Assembly (NCBI GenBank): GCA_034434335.1
Contig: DAOTZS010000133.1
Span: forward strand, 1-45,064
DNA length: 45,064 nucleotides
From: Anaerolineae bacterium
GTDB taxonomy: Bacteria; Chloroflexota; Anaerolineae; CG2-30-64-16
Direction: 5' to 3'
Shown here one piece after another: positions 36,839 to 44,501 of this stretch; positions within the stretch are counted from its first letter, which is position 1, and each line of letters opens with the position of its first letter. Under the pieces are notes generated by a model, which worked only from the letters and a program-made list of their open reading frames with translations, was not told the DNA's origin and searched no databases. The translations under genes and the position numbers were made by a program.

Positions 36839-38590
36839 ATGAACGCGATCTTTGTGTTGGTGCTGGCCGCCATCGGTATCGTCGTTGGCTATGGCGTCTA
36901 TGCCAAAGGTATTGACCGACGCATTATCCAGCCTGATCCCTCCAAAGCCACGCCTGCCAGGATGTATATGGACGGTGTGGACTTCATCCCCGCCAACCGT
37001 AATGTCCTCTTCGGCTACCAGTTCAAGTCCATCGCCGCCCTGGGTCCCATCCTGGGGCCGATCATCGCCGTCCAGTGGGGTTGGCTCCCGGCGCTGCTGT
37101 GGATCATCCTGGGCACCTTCTTCATCGGCTGGGTCCAGGACTACTCCAGCATCATCATGGGAGTCCGGGAGGAGGGGCAGACCTTCGGCGCCCTCAGTTA
37201 CCGCCTCATCTCCCCCCGGGCTCGCAACATCCTGCTGGCCTTCATCTACGTCTACCTCCTGATGATCATGGGTGCCTTCGGCATCCAGGTAGGTTTTAAT
37301 CTGCTCACCAACCCGGCCGTGCCCCTGGGGGTGATCATCGTCATCCTGGCAGGTCTGCTGGCCGGCCAGATGACCTACAAGTGGAAGCAGGACATCATCC
37401 TGACCACGGTGGTCACGGTGGTCGTGGCACTGATCGGCGTATGGGTGGGGACGCTGCCAGGGGTGAAGAATCTCTTCAATGCCATCTACGGCATCCAGAT
37501 GGTAGAAGGAAAGCCGGTCTCGCCTACCCTCTTCCTCCAGGTAACCCAGGCGCGCTTCATCGGCAGTTTGTTGGTGGTCATCTTCTGCTACCTGGGTGCC
37601 GTGCTGCCCATCTGGCGGTGGGCTCAGCCCATCAACTATGTCGCCTTCTGGATCGTCCTCCTGGGGATCCTGGGCGGCATCATTGGGCTCTTGATCGGAC
37701 ATCCTGGGATGGGAGACTTCCCGGCTGCCACAACATTCGTGACTGCCTCCGGACCCCTCTGGCCGATGTTGTTCGTGACCATCGCCTGTGGGGCCATCTC
37801 CGGCTGGCATAGCCTGGTCTCCTCGTCGGGTACAGCGCGTCAGTTGGAGAAGGAGACGGATGCCCTCTATGTGGGCGGCGGGGCCATGTTCCTGGAGATG
37901 GTCTTTGCCACCATTGCTTTCCTCACAGCCACCGTTGCCTTTGGCAGCTTCAAGGGGTATCAGGATGCCGGCGGTCCAGGGGCGGCGGCGGCCGTCTTCT
38001 CCAAGGGCCTCTCGGTCTTCCTGAACAACTGGGGGTTGGACAGCGCCTTGGGCCAGGGCTTCGGCGTGGCTTACGGCTCGGTGTTCCTCACCCTGATGGC
38101 GATGACCATCATGCACCTGGTGGTGCGCTTCATGCGGGTGGCCAGCGCCGAGGCGTTGGGCGACCGCTTCCCTGTCCTGCGCAACATCCACGTGGGCACC
38201 ATCATCGCCCTGGTCCTCACTCTCTTCCTGATCTGGATTGTGCCCTTCCTGCAGATCTGGGGCGTCTTTGGCGCGGCTAACCAGTTGATGGCCTCCCTGG
38301 CCCTGCTCCTCATCACCCTGTGGCTGATGTCAAAGGCCAAGAACTACCAGTGGACCTTCTGGCCCTTCGTCTTCATGTTCGTCACCACCGTGTTCGCGCT
38401 GCTCTGGTCGGCCTATGCGGCCTTCTTCCTCAATCTGCCCAAGCAGACGGGCTGGCAAGGTATCGTTGCCCAGGTGACCATCGGGGTGCTGGCCCTGCTG
38501 TTGGTGGTGCTGGCCGTGGTCCTGGTGGTGGATGGCATCGGGTCTATCCAGCGCTATCGGGCGGAGATGGCCAAGGCGGCGAGCCGGTAA
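36839..38590 (+). CDS. cstA: Carbon starvation protein A family transporter
   Basis: N-terminus ...VLFGYQFKSIAALGPILGPIIAVQWGWLPALLWIILGTFFIGWVQDY is a CstA hallmark. 583-aa polytopic protein. Confidence 0.92.
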   Translation: MNAIFVLVLAAIGIVVGYGVYAKGIDRRIIQPDPSKATPARMYMDGVDFIPANRNVLFGYQFKSIAALGPILGPIIAVQWGWLPALLWIILGTFFIGWVQDYSSIIMGVREEGQTFGALSYRLISPRARNILLAFIYVYLLMIMGAFGIQVGFNLLTNPAVPLGVIIVILAGLLAGQMTYKWKQDIILTTVVTVVVALIGVWVGTLPGVKNLFNAIYGIQMVEGKPVSPTLFLQVTQARFIGSLLVVIFCYLGAVLPIWRWAQPINYVAFWIVLLGILGGIIGLLIGHPGMGDFPAATTFVTASGPLWPMLFVTIACGAISGWHSLVSSSGTARQLEKETDALYVGGGAMFLEMVFATIAFLTATVAFGSFKGYQDAGGPGAAAAVFSKGLSVFLNNWGLDSALGQGFGVAYGSVFLTLMAMTIMHLVVRFMRVASAEALGDRFPVLRNIHVGTIIALVLTLFLIWIVPFLQIWGVFGAANQLMASLALLLITLWLMSKAKNYQWTFWPFVFMFVTTVFALLWSAYAAFFLNLPKQTGWQGIVAQVTIGVLALLLVVLAVVLVVDGIGSIQRYRAEMAKAASR

Positions 38591-38614
38591 AACTGGTCCG
38601 CTGACAGAGTCGGC

Positions 38615-38651
38615 GACCGGCAGGGCGGGCTCCCCACTCGCCCTGCCGGTC
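38615..38651 (+). terminator. Hairpin 25 nt after the cstA stop
   Basis: GACCGGCAGGGCG-GGCTCCCCACT-CGCCCTGCCGGTC, a 13-bp stem with no U-run. Confidence 0.35.
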
Positions 38652-38655
38652 CTGT

Positions 38656-38955
38656 GGGACAATCCTTGTGATTGCCCATTAGCATCAAGATAACGGTCAA
38701 AGCGCATGGGGCGACCACCGGTAGGGGCAGGGCTTGTCCCTGCCCCCCAGGGGGCGATTGGAAATCGCACCGGGTAGCCGAAGGCAATGCCTTCGGCTAC
38801 CCGGGTACGGGCGCGGCAGGGGAGGGTGCCCCCACCCGGCCTGCGGCCGCCCTCCCCCCATCCTCCCAGCCCTTGCGAGCGGAAGCTGGGAGGACAGGGG
38901 AGGGGAGCTATGGCCGCTAACTTGATGCCAATAGGGCAATCCTCGTGATTGCCCC
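38656..38955. repeat. 300-bp element bounded by ~34-bp inverted repeats that each contain a hairpin
   Basis: Left end GGGACAATCCTTGTGATTGCCCATTAGCATCAAG. Right end CTTGATGCCAATAGGGCAATCCTCGTGATTGCCCC. The interior has hairpins GGGGCAGGGCTTGTCCCTGCCCC and CGGGTAGCCGAAGGCAATGCCTTCGGCTACCCG, plus the GGCCTGCGGCC and CTTGCGAGCGG motifs shared with the three-hairpin family. Confidence 0.75.
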
Positions 38956-38960
38956 GTCAC

Positions 38961-39182
38961 GTCATTTGACAGGAGTTACGCACTTTGAGGCGTATCGCCC
39001 CATCCCTCTACCCTCTTGCCCGCAAGGCGGGGAAGAGGGATCGAGATTATAAGGGGTATTCCTGGGCGGCTTCGCCGCCCAGGAATACCCCTTTCAAAGG
39101 ATTCCCCCGCCCCCGATCGGGCGCGGGGGCCAGGAGGTGGGGGCACAGCGTAGTGCAACTGCATAACTCCTGTCATTTGACA
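38961..39182 (+). repeat. TIR-bounded hairpin element (TIR GACAGGAGTTAYGCA), copy A
   Basis: Left end GTCATTTGACAGGAGTTACGCA. Right end TGCATAACTCCTGTCATTTGACA. Central hairpin GGGGTATTCCTGGGCGGC-TTC-GCCGCCCAGGAATACCCC. Its reverse complement aligns with 43228..43390. Confidence 0.8.
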
Positions 39183-39205
39183 CTCCTCAGGGGATGTGCT
39201 ACACT
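39177..39205 (+). promoter_or_regulatory. Promoter of a small unit upstream of hisZ; the -35 is supplied by a repeat terminus
   Basis: TTGACA (the last bases of element 38961-39182)-17 nt-TGC-TACACT. Confidence 0.45.
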
Positions 39206-39318
39206 GGCGGTAACCTATGGGGAGGCGTTTTTGATGTACGGACAGACATCCCGGAGCCATCATCATTCGAGAGGGGGCAGGCGCACGGCATAGCCGACGT
39301 CTCATCAGCGCTTGCCCC

Positions 39319-39352
39319 AAGGACTGGTTGCATCTGCACCAGTCCTTTTTTG
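39319..39352 (+). terminator. Intrinsic terminator/attenuator in the hisZ upstream region
   Basis: AAGGACTGGT-TGCATCTGC-ACCAGTCCTT followed by TTTTTTG. Confidence 0.7.
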
Positions 39353-39420
39353 TTAACCTAAAGCGAGGATGGGGCAATTTGCCGGAAAAAAACCGGTTCA
39401 TACTTTTTGCGGTCGCTAGA

Positions 39421-39641
39421 ACTGCCGCCCAGGGCCCTCACCCCTCCCTCTGTCCCTCCCCTCCCCCGCTCGCCTTTGGCGGCAGGGGAGGGGAGGAGAG
39501 AAAAGGGTTTTTGCGGCGGCGGCCTTCGGCCGCCGCCGCAAAAACCCCCTCTTATTCCCCCCTCTCCCCTGGCCGCAGGCCAAGGGGAGAGGGGGGAATA
39601 AGAGGGGGTGAGGGGCAGTGACGGCCCGAGGGAGCAGAAAG
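39421..39641 (+). repeat. Three-hairpin compound repeat, copy in the hisZ leader
   Basis: Outer stem GCCCTCACCCCTC.../...GAGGGGGTGAGGGGC. Hairpins CCTCCCCTCCCC-loop-GGGGAGGGGAGG, GGGTTTTTGCGGCGGCGGCC-TTC-GGCCGCCGCCGCAAAAACCC and CTCTTATTCCCCCCTCTCCCC-TGGCCGCAGGCCAA-GGGGAGAGGGGGGAATAAGAG. Confidence 0.85.
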
Positions 39642-39682
39642 TGTTAACCAATTTTGAACCATCCCCTTGAAACTGGAGCAAT

Positions 39683-40960
39683 ATGGCACCTCAGTCCTTC
39701 TCCACCGACCGGCCGCTGCCCGAAGGTGTGCGCGATCTCCTCTTTGCTGACGCGGCCGCCTTCCGCCAGCTAGAGGCCACCCTGCGCCAGACCTGGGCCG
39801 CCTGGGGCTATCGTGAGATCATCCTGCCCACCTTTGAATACGCGGACACCCTGGCGACCGATGTGGGGGCGGAGATCGAAGCCGAGATGTACCGCTTTTT
39901 CGATCGCCATGGCCGTGCCCTGGCCCTGCGCCCCGACATGACCATCCCCACCGCCCGGGTCGTGGGCACCCGGCTGTATGATCAACCCCTGCCACTGCGC
40001 ATTGCTTATGTGGGCAGCGTTTTCCGTTATGAGCCGCCCCGGGCCGGCCGACAGCACGAATTCACCCAGGTGGGGGTTGAGCTCATCGGCGCGGCCGGCC
40101 CTGCTGCCGATGCCGAGGCAGTGGCCCTGGCTGTGGCAGCCCTCAACGCGGCCGGGCTGCCCCAATTTCGCATCACCCTCGGCCATGTGGGCTTCTTTCG
40201 TGGCCTGTTGGAGGCTCTGGCCTTGCCCGAAAAGTGGGCTCGCCGCGTACGCCAGGCCGTCAACCTCAAGGCCGAAGCGGAGCTGGAGCTCTTGATGGCC
40301 GAGGCAGGTCAGGTGCCGGTGCCGGCCCGGACAGCCCTGCTGGCCCTGCCCCGCCTGGCCGGCGATGTCACCGTGCTGGCCGAAGCCGAGGCGTACTGCC
40401 TCAACGCCGCCATGGCGGCCGCCCTGGCCGACCTGCGTGGCCTGGCCGAACTGCTCAGTGCCTACGGGGTGGCCGACGCGGTGAGCTACGACCTGGCCGA
40501 AGTGCGGGACCTGGGCTACTACACGGGAATCACCTTCGAGGGGTTTGCGCCGGGCCTGGGGTTCAACATCATCTCCGGCGGCCGCTACGATGAACTGATC
40601 GCCCACTTCGGCCCCTCTCTGCCAGCCGTGGGCTGGGCGCTGACCCTCGACCGCCTGCTGGTAGCGCGTGAGTTGCAGGGGATCAGCACGGCCGAGCCCA
40701 GGCCCGATGTGCTGCTCTCGGCCCACGGGTGCCCGGCCTGCCTGGCCTGGGCAGCTCAGGCCAGGGCGCGCGGGATAGTGGTGGAAGTGGACCCGCTGGG
40801 GCTGGAAGCGGAGCAACTCTGGCAGGCAGCTCAGGCGCGCGGCATCCCGCGCCTGGTGCTGCATCATACCCCACAGACCTTAATTGTGCGTGATAGCGAG
40901 GGCCAGCGGTTGCTGGCCACCGATGACTGGCAGGAGGTAGCACGATGGCGCAACCGTTGA
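39683..40960 (+). CDS. hisZ: ATP phosphoribosyltransferase regulatory subunit (HisRS paralog)
   Basis: Class II aaRS-like core (LPEGVRDLL..., MYRFFDRHGRALALRPDMTIPTARV, FRYE). Overlaps the hisG start by 16 nt. Confidence 0.9.
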   Translation: MAPQSFSTDRPLPEGVRDLLFADAAAFRQLEATLRQTWAAWGYREIILPTFEYADTLATDVGAEIEAEMYRFFDRHGRALALRPDMTIPTARVVGTRLYDQPLPLRIAYVGSVFRYEPPRAGRQHEFTQVGVELIGAAGPAADAEAVALAVAALNAAGLPQFRITLGHVGFFRGLLEALALPEKWARRVRQAVNLKAEAELELLMAEAGQVPVPARTALLALPRLAGDVTVLAEAEAYCLNAAMAAALADLRGLAELLSAYGVADAVSYDLAEVRDLGYYTGITFEGFAPGLGFNIISGGRYDELIAHFGPSLPAVGWALTLDRLLVARELQGISTAEPRPDVLLSAHGCPACLAWAAQARARGIVVEVDPLGLEAEQLWQAAQARGIPRLVLHHTPQTLIVRDSEGQRLLATDDWQEVARWRNR

Positions 40961-41595
40961 CCATCGCCTTGCCCAAAGGGCGCCTGACCGACGAAGCAGT
41001 GGCGTTTCTGAACCGGGCTGGATATCCTGTGCCGACCAACGGCTCAGAGGCTGGCTTTGGCCGCAAACTGGTCCTCTCCACCCCCGACGAACGTTTCCGG
41101 TTCATCCTGGCCAAGCCAGCCGATGTGCCGGTCTTCGTCGAATACGGCGCGGCCGACCTGGGCATCGCCGGCCTGGATGTGGTGCGCGAGGCGGAGCGCG
41201 ACGTCTACGAGCCGTTGCGATTGCCTTTCGGCTACTGCCGGTTGGTGGTAGCTGGCAAGGCCGATCGGCCTGAAAGGCCGCTACGGCTGGAACGCAGCCC
41301 GCGTGTCGCCACCAAGTTCCCCCGCCTGACCGAAGCCTTCTTCCGCAAGCGTGGCCTGGCGCCTGAGATTATCGTCATGGCCGGCTCGGTGGAGCTGGCT
41401 CCGCTGGTGGGCCTGGCCGATCTGGTGGTGGACCTGGTACAGACCGGTGCCACCCTGCGGGAGAACGGCCTGGTTGAGCTGCGGGTGGTGCTGGAGAGCC
41501 AGGCTGTGCTGATCGCCAACCGGGCCAGCTATCGGCTGCGCGCTCAGGAGGTGCGGCAGGTGATAGACGCTCTGGCCAATGTCGCGGGGGCGTAG
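40945..41595 (+). CDS. hisG: ATP phosphoribosyltransferase, short form
   Basis: LTIALPKGRL...DVPVFVEYGAADLGIAGLDV...DLVQTGATLRENGL; 216 aa short HisG, consistent with the presence of HisZ. Confidence 0.95.
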   Translation: MAQPLTIALPKGRLTDEAVAFLNRAGYPVPTNGSEAGFGRKLVLSTPDERFRFILAKPADVPVFVEYGAADLGIAGLDVVREAERDVYEPLRLPFGYCRLVVAGKADRPERPLRLERSPRVATKFPRLTEAFFRKRGLAPEIIVMAGSVELAPLVGLADLVVDLVQTGATLRENGLVELRVVLESQAVLIANRASYRLRAQEVRQVIDALANVAGA

Positions 41596-41725
41596 CGCCG
41601 CCGGGCTTCTTGAAATAGGCATTCTGGGCAGCAAAGCCGGCCAACAACCCCTTTGGCGGCAGGAGAAACGAACTTTGAGAGAGTAACCAGGCCCCCTGCT
41701 AAGGCGAATACCCCGGAATGAGGAA

Positions 41726-43111
41726 GTGATAGAAACCATCATGTGTTCGATCAAGATCTACACCGCAACAGAAGCTTGCTCTACGATCTTGCGCCGCGTG
41801 CCCTGGGAGGATCAAGGGCTGCCGGCGCGCATCCTGGACGGCATCGAGCGCATCTTCGGTGAACGGCTGACGCCGGCCGCGGCGGTGGCGCGCATCCTGG
41901 AAGATGTGCGGTGCCGGGGGGATGCTGCCTTGTGGGAGTGGTCGGCGCGGCTGGACGGGGTGAGAGGTCAGCCGTCCACAGCTCCAGGCGGCCAGGGGCT
42001 AGAAGTGCCCTCCGCCGCCTGGCGCCTGGCCTATGAGCACCTGCCCGAAGCGCAACGCGGCGCTCTCGACCTGGCAGCGGAGCGGATCGCTGCCTTCCAT
42101 CGCCGCCAGCCTAACAGCTCATGGGTTGATGTCGGCCCGGATGGCACCCTGGGCCAGCTCATCCGCCCTCTCGAGCGGGTTGGGATCTACGTGCCGGGTG
42201 GCACGGCACCGCTCCCCTCCTCCCTGCTGATGGCCGCCATCCCGGCGCGCGTGGCCGGGGTGGAGCAGATCATTGTTTGCACGCCGCCGGGACGGGATGG
42301 TACGGTGCCCGCCCTCACCCTGGCGGCAGCCTGGCGCGCGGGGGCCGACCGCCTGTTTGCCCTGGGCGGCGCGCAGGCCGTCGCAGCCATGGCTTATGGT
42401 ACCGAGACGGTCCCTGCCGTGGATAAAATCGTCGGTGCGGGCGGACTCTTCGTCACCCTGGCCAAACGCCAGGTATTTGGCCGGGTCGGCATTGACGGTT
42501 TCTATGGGCCCACCGAGACCCTCCTCATCGCCGACGAGACGGCCAACCCGGCCTGGGTGGCAGCCGACCTCCTGGCCCAGGCCGAACATGATGTCCTGGC
42601 CTCCCCCATCCTGCTCACCCCTTCCCGCGACCTGGCCGAAAAAGTGAGGGCCCAACTGGCTGGCCAACTGGAGGGGCTGAGCCGGGCCGAGATCGCGGCA
42701 GCCTCCCTGGCCCAGCGCGGGGGCATCGTGCTCACCGCCGACCTGGATGAGGCGGTCGAGCTGGCCAACGTCTACGCCGCGGAGCATCTCTGCCTGCTGG
42801 TTGCCGATCCCTGGGCCTTGATCGGGAAGATCCATAATGCCGGCGGCATCTTCGTAGGAGAACACTCTTGCGAAGTATTGGGGGACTATATCGCCGGGCC
42901 GAGCCACGTCATGCCCACCGAAGGGAGCGCGCGCTATGCCAGCCCGCTCAGCGTGGCCGATTTTGTCAAGCGCATCAGCCTGGTCGCGCTAACTCCCGCC
43001 GCCGGCGCGCGGCTGGCCGGGCCGGCCACCGTGCTGGCCGAGGGGGAGGGGCTGACCGCCCACGCCGCGGCTGCACGGCTGCGGATGGGCAAGGCATCGT
43101 CTCACGGCTGA
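41726..43111 (+). CDS. hisD: Histidinol dehydrogenase
   Basis: YVPGGTAPLPSSLLM, GPTETLLIADE, AEHDVLASP and AEHL motifs. Start uncertain (GTG 41726 or ATG 41741). Confidence 0.95.
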   Translation: MIETIMCSIKIYTATEACSTILRRVPWEDQGLPARILDGIERIFGERLTPAAAVARILEDVRCRGDAALWEWSARLDGVRGQPSTAPGGQGLEVPSAAWRLAYEHLPEAQRGALDLAAERIAAFHRRQPNSSWVDVGPDGTLGQLIRPLERVGIYVPGGTAPLPSSLLMAAIPARVAGVEQIIVCTPPGRDGTVPALTLAAAWRAGADRLFALGGAQAVAAMAYGTETVPAVDKIVGAGGLFVTLAKRQVFGRVGIDGFYGPTETLLIADETANPAWVAADLLAQAEHDVLASPILLTPSRDLAEKVRAQLAGQLEGLSRAEIAAASLAQRGGIVLTADLDEAVELANVYAAEHLCLLVADPWALIGKIHNAGGIFVGEHSCEVLGDYIAGPSHVMPTEGSARYASPLSVADFVKRISLVALTPAAGARLAGPATVLAEGEGLTAHAAAARLRMGKASSHG

Positions 43112-43142
43112 CAGCTATTTACAGCGAGGTCTGCAATGTCCC

Positions 43143-43217
43143 GTTCGTAGTAAGCCACGCAGCGCAGCGGAGTGGCGTCAGACGGCACTCCACTTCGTTG
43201 CGTGCCTGACTACGAAC
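43143..43217. repeat. Long imperfect hairpin 30 nt after the hisD stop
   Basis: GTTCGTAGT...CACGCAGCG..GGAGTG-GCGTCAGACG-GCACTCC..CGTTGCGTG...ACTACGAAC. Possible terminator or processing structure; no U-run. Confidence 0.55.
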
Positions 43218-43227
43218 ATATCATACG

Positions 43228-43390
43228 AGGAGTTACGCAGTTGCACTACGCTGTGCCCCCACCCCCAATTAGCCCCCACCCTCTGGGGGCGGGAGAATCC
43301 TTTGAAAAGGGTATTCTGGGCGGCTTCGCCGTCCAGAATACCCTATAATCTCGATCCCCTTTCCGCGTCTTGCGGGGAAGGGGGTAATAG
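43228..43390 (-). repeat. TIR-bounded hairpin element, copy B (one end degenerate, overlapping the HAD gene 3' end)
   Basis: AGGAGTTACGCAGTTGCACTACGCTGTGCCCCCACC...AGGGTATTCTGGGCGGCTTCGCCGTCCAGAATACCCT...CCCCTTTCCGCGTCTTGCGGGGAAGGGG is collinear with the reverse complement of copy A. Confidence 0.8.
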
Positions 43391-44389
43391 CGCCAATAGC
43401 TGATCGGGATGGTCCAGCACCAGGTCGGCACCCAGAGCACGGTAGAGCTGCTGCAGGCCAGGCTCCGCGGCGATAGCGATGGCCAACCAGCGCCGGCCTG
43501 CGTTGGCCCGCCGCGCGGCCAGCACATCGTCGGCGGTGTCACCCACGTAGGCAGCCACCAGACGCCTGTGGGGATCGAGCTGGTCGGCAGCCCGTTCGAG
43601 CAAATAGGGATGAGGTTTGAGCAGGGAGGGGCCGCCCGGGGTTCGGGCATGGAGCGCGTCATCCATGGTGGTGGCCACGGCGAAGAAACGCTCCAGGCCC
43701 AGGTGGCGCAGAGGGTAAGTCAATTCGAAACGGGTACGGCCGGTGGCAATGCCCAGGTGGGCGTGACGGCTGAGCGCGGCCAGGGTGGCCAGGGAGATGA
43801 GCAAACGCTCGCGCTCGACCATGCCAGGGCCCAGATAATAGCGGGCAGGATAGCCGTAGCCGAGCGCGAAGAGTTCCTGGCCCAGATAGATCTCCGAGAA
43901 GATGCGCTGCACCAGGTCGGTGGTGGCAGCATCCCCGGTGTGCCACACCAGATGCGCGTTGTGCCCGCCCGTGACCTGGCGCAGGCCGGCCAGCCCACCT
44001 CCTGCCGCGCGTACCTGAGGGATCAGCGCCTGCCAGTCGGGCAGGTGGGGGGCCAAGCCGGCCAGGGGGCTGGCCGCGCAACGTAAGGCCGCGACCAGAG
44101 CTTCCTGGCTGGGCCAATCCCGTTCGGGCAGGGGATGGGCGGCTGGCAGGCTGGCCACCAGGGCCTCCAGCAGCCCGGCTGTCAGATCCCAGTCGTCGTT
44201 GAACCCACCCATGAGCTTAAACTGGTCGTAGACGTCCCCCGTCATGGCCGGTGGCGTGAGGCCCAGCAGTTGCAGGTAATATGCCCCTGCCAGGGGTGCC
44301 GTGGCGCGATATGATTCGTGGACGTCTACCAGAGTGCCGTCCACGTCGAAGACAATGATTTGGGGCCGAGGAAACAGGTGATGGTTCAT
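43343..44389 (-). CDS. HAD-superfamily hydrolase with a large cap domain; last ~15 codons encoded by a repeat element
   Basis: Motif I IIVFDVDGTLVD and motif IV YVGDTADDV. 348 aa. Confidence 0.75.
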   Translation of the reverse strand: MNHHLFPRPQIIVFDVDGTLVDVHESYRATAPLAGAYYLQLLGLTPPAMTGDVYDQFKLMGGFNDDWDLTAGLLEALVASLPAAHPLPERDWPSQEALVAALRCAASPLAGLAPHLPDWQALIPQVRAAGGGLAGLRQVTGGHNAHLVWHTGDAATTDLVQRIFSEIYLGQELFALGYGYPARYYLGPGMVERERLLISLATLAALSRHAHLGIATGRTRFELTYPLRHLGLERFFAVATTMDDALHARTPGGPSLLKPHPYLLERAADQLDPHRRLVAAYVGDTADDVLAARRANAGRRWLAIAIAAEPGLQQLYRALGADLVLDHPDQLLALLPPSPQDAERGSRL

Positions 44390-44501
44390 TCTGGCGGGGC
44401 ATTTTCGTCGAGAGAGGGGGAGTTGTCAAGCGGACGAAAGATGAAGAGAGGGGCAGAGTTTTTGGCATTCGACTCTCGCTGGTCATTTTCCAGGAGGCAA
44501 A

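Noticed and set aside
36821-38191. 456-aa ORF on the minus strand
   Set aside because: Fully antisense to cstA, whose product has unmistakable CstA motifs. The antisense product is H/D/G/R/Q-rich with no domain-like pattern, which is a typical high-GC antisense artefact.
39205-39352. T-box riboswitch upstream of the his genes
   Set aside because: Too short for Stem I plus antiterminator. No AGAGA/GNUGA K-turn context, no specifier loop I could place, and no conserved T-box sequence (...GGUGGUACCGCG).
38591-39682. Possible CRISPR array because of many GC-rich repeats
   Set aside because: The repeats are hairpin modules of different sequence, with no constant repeat length or spacing and no spacer-like unique segments. 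No cas genes are in the window.
39770-40867. 365-aa ORF on the minus strand
   Set aside because: Antisense to hisZ.
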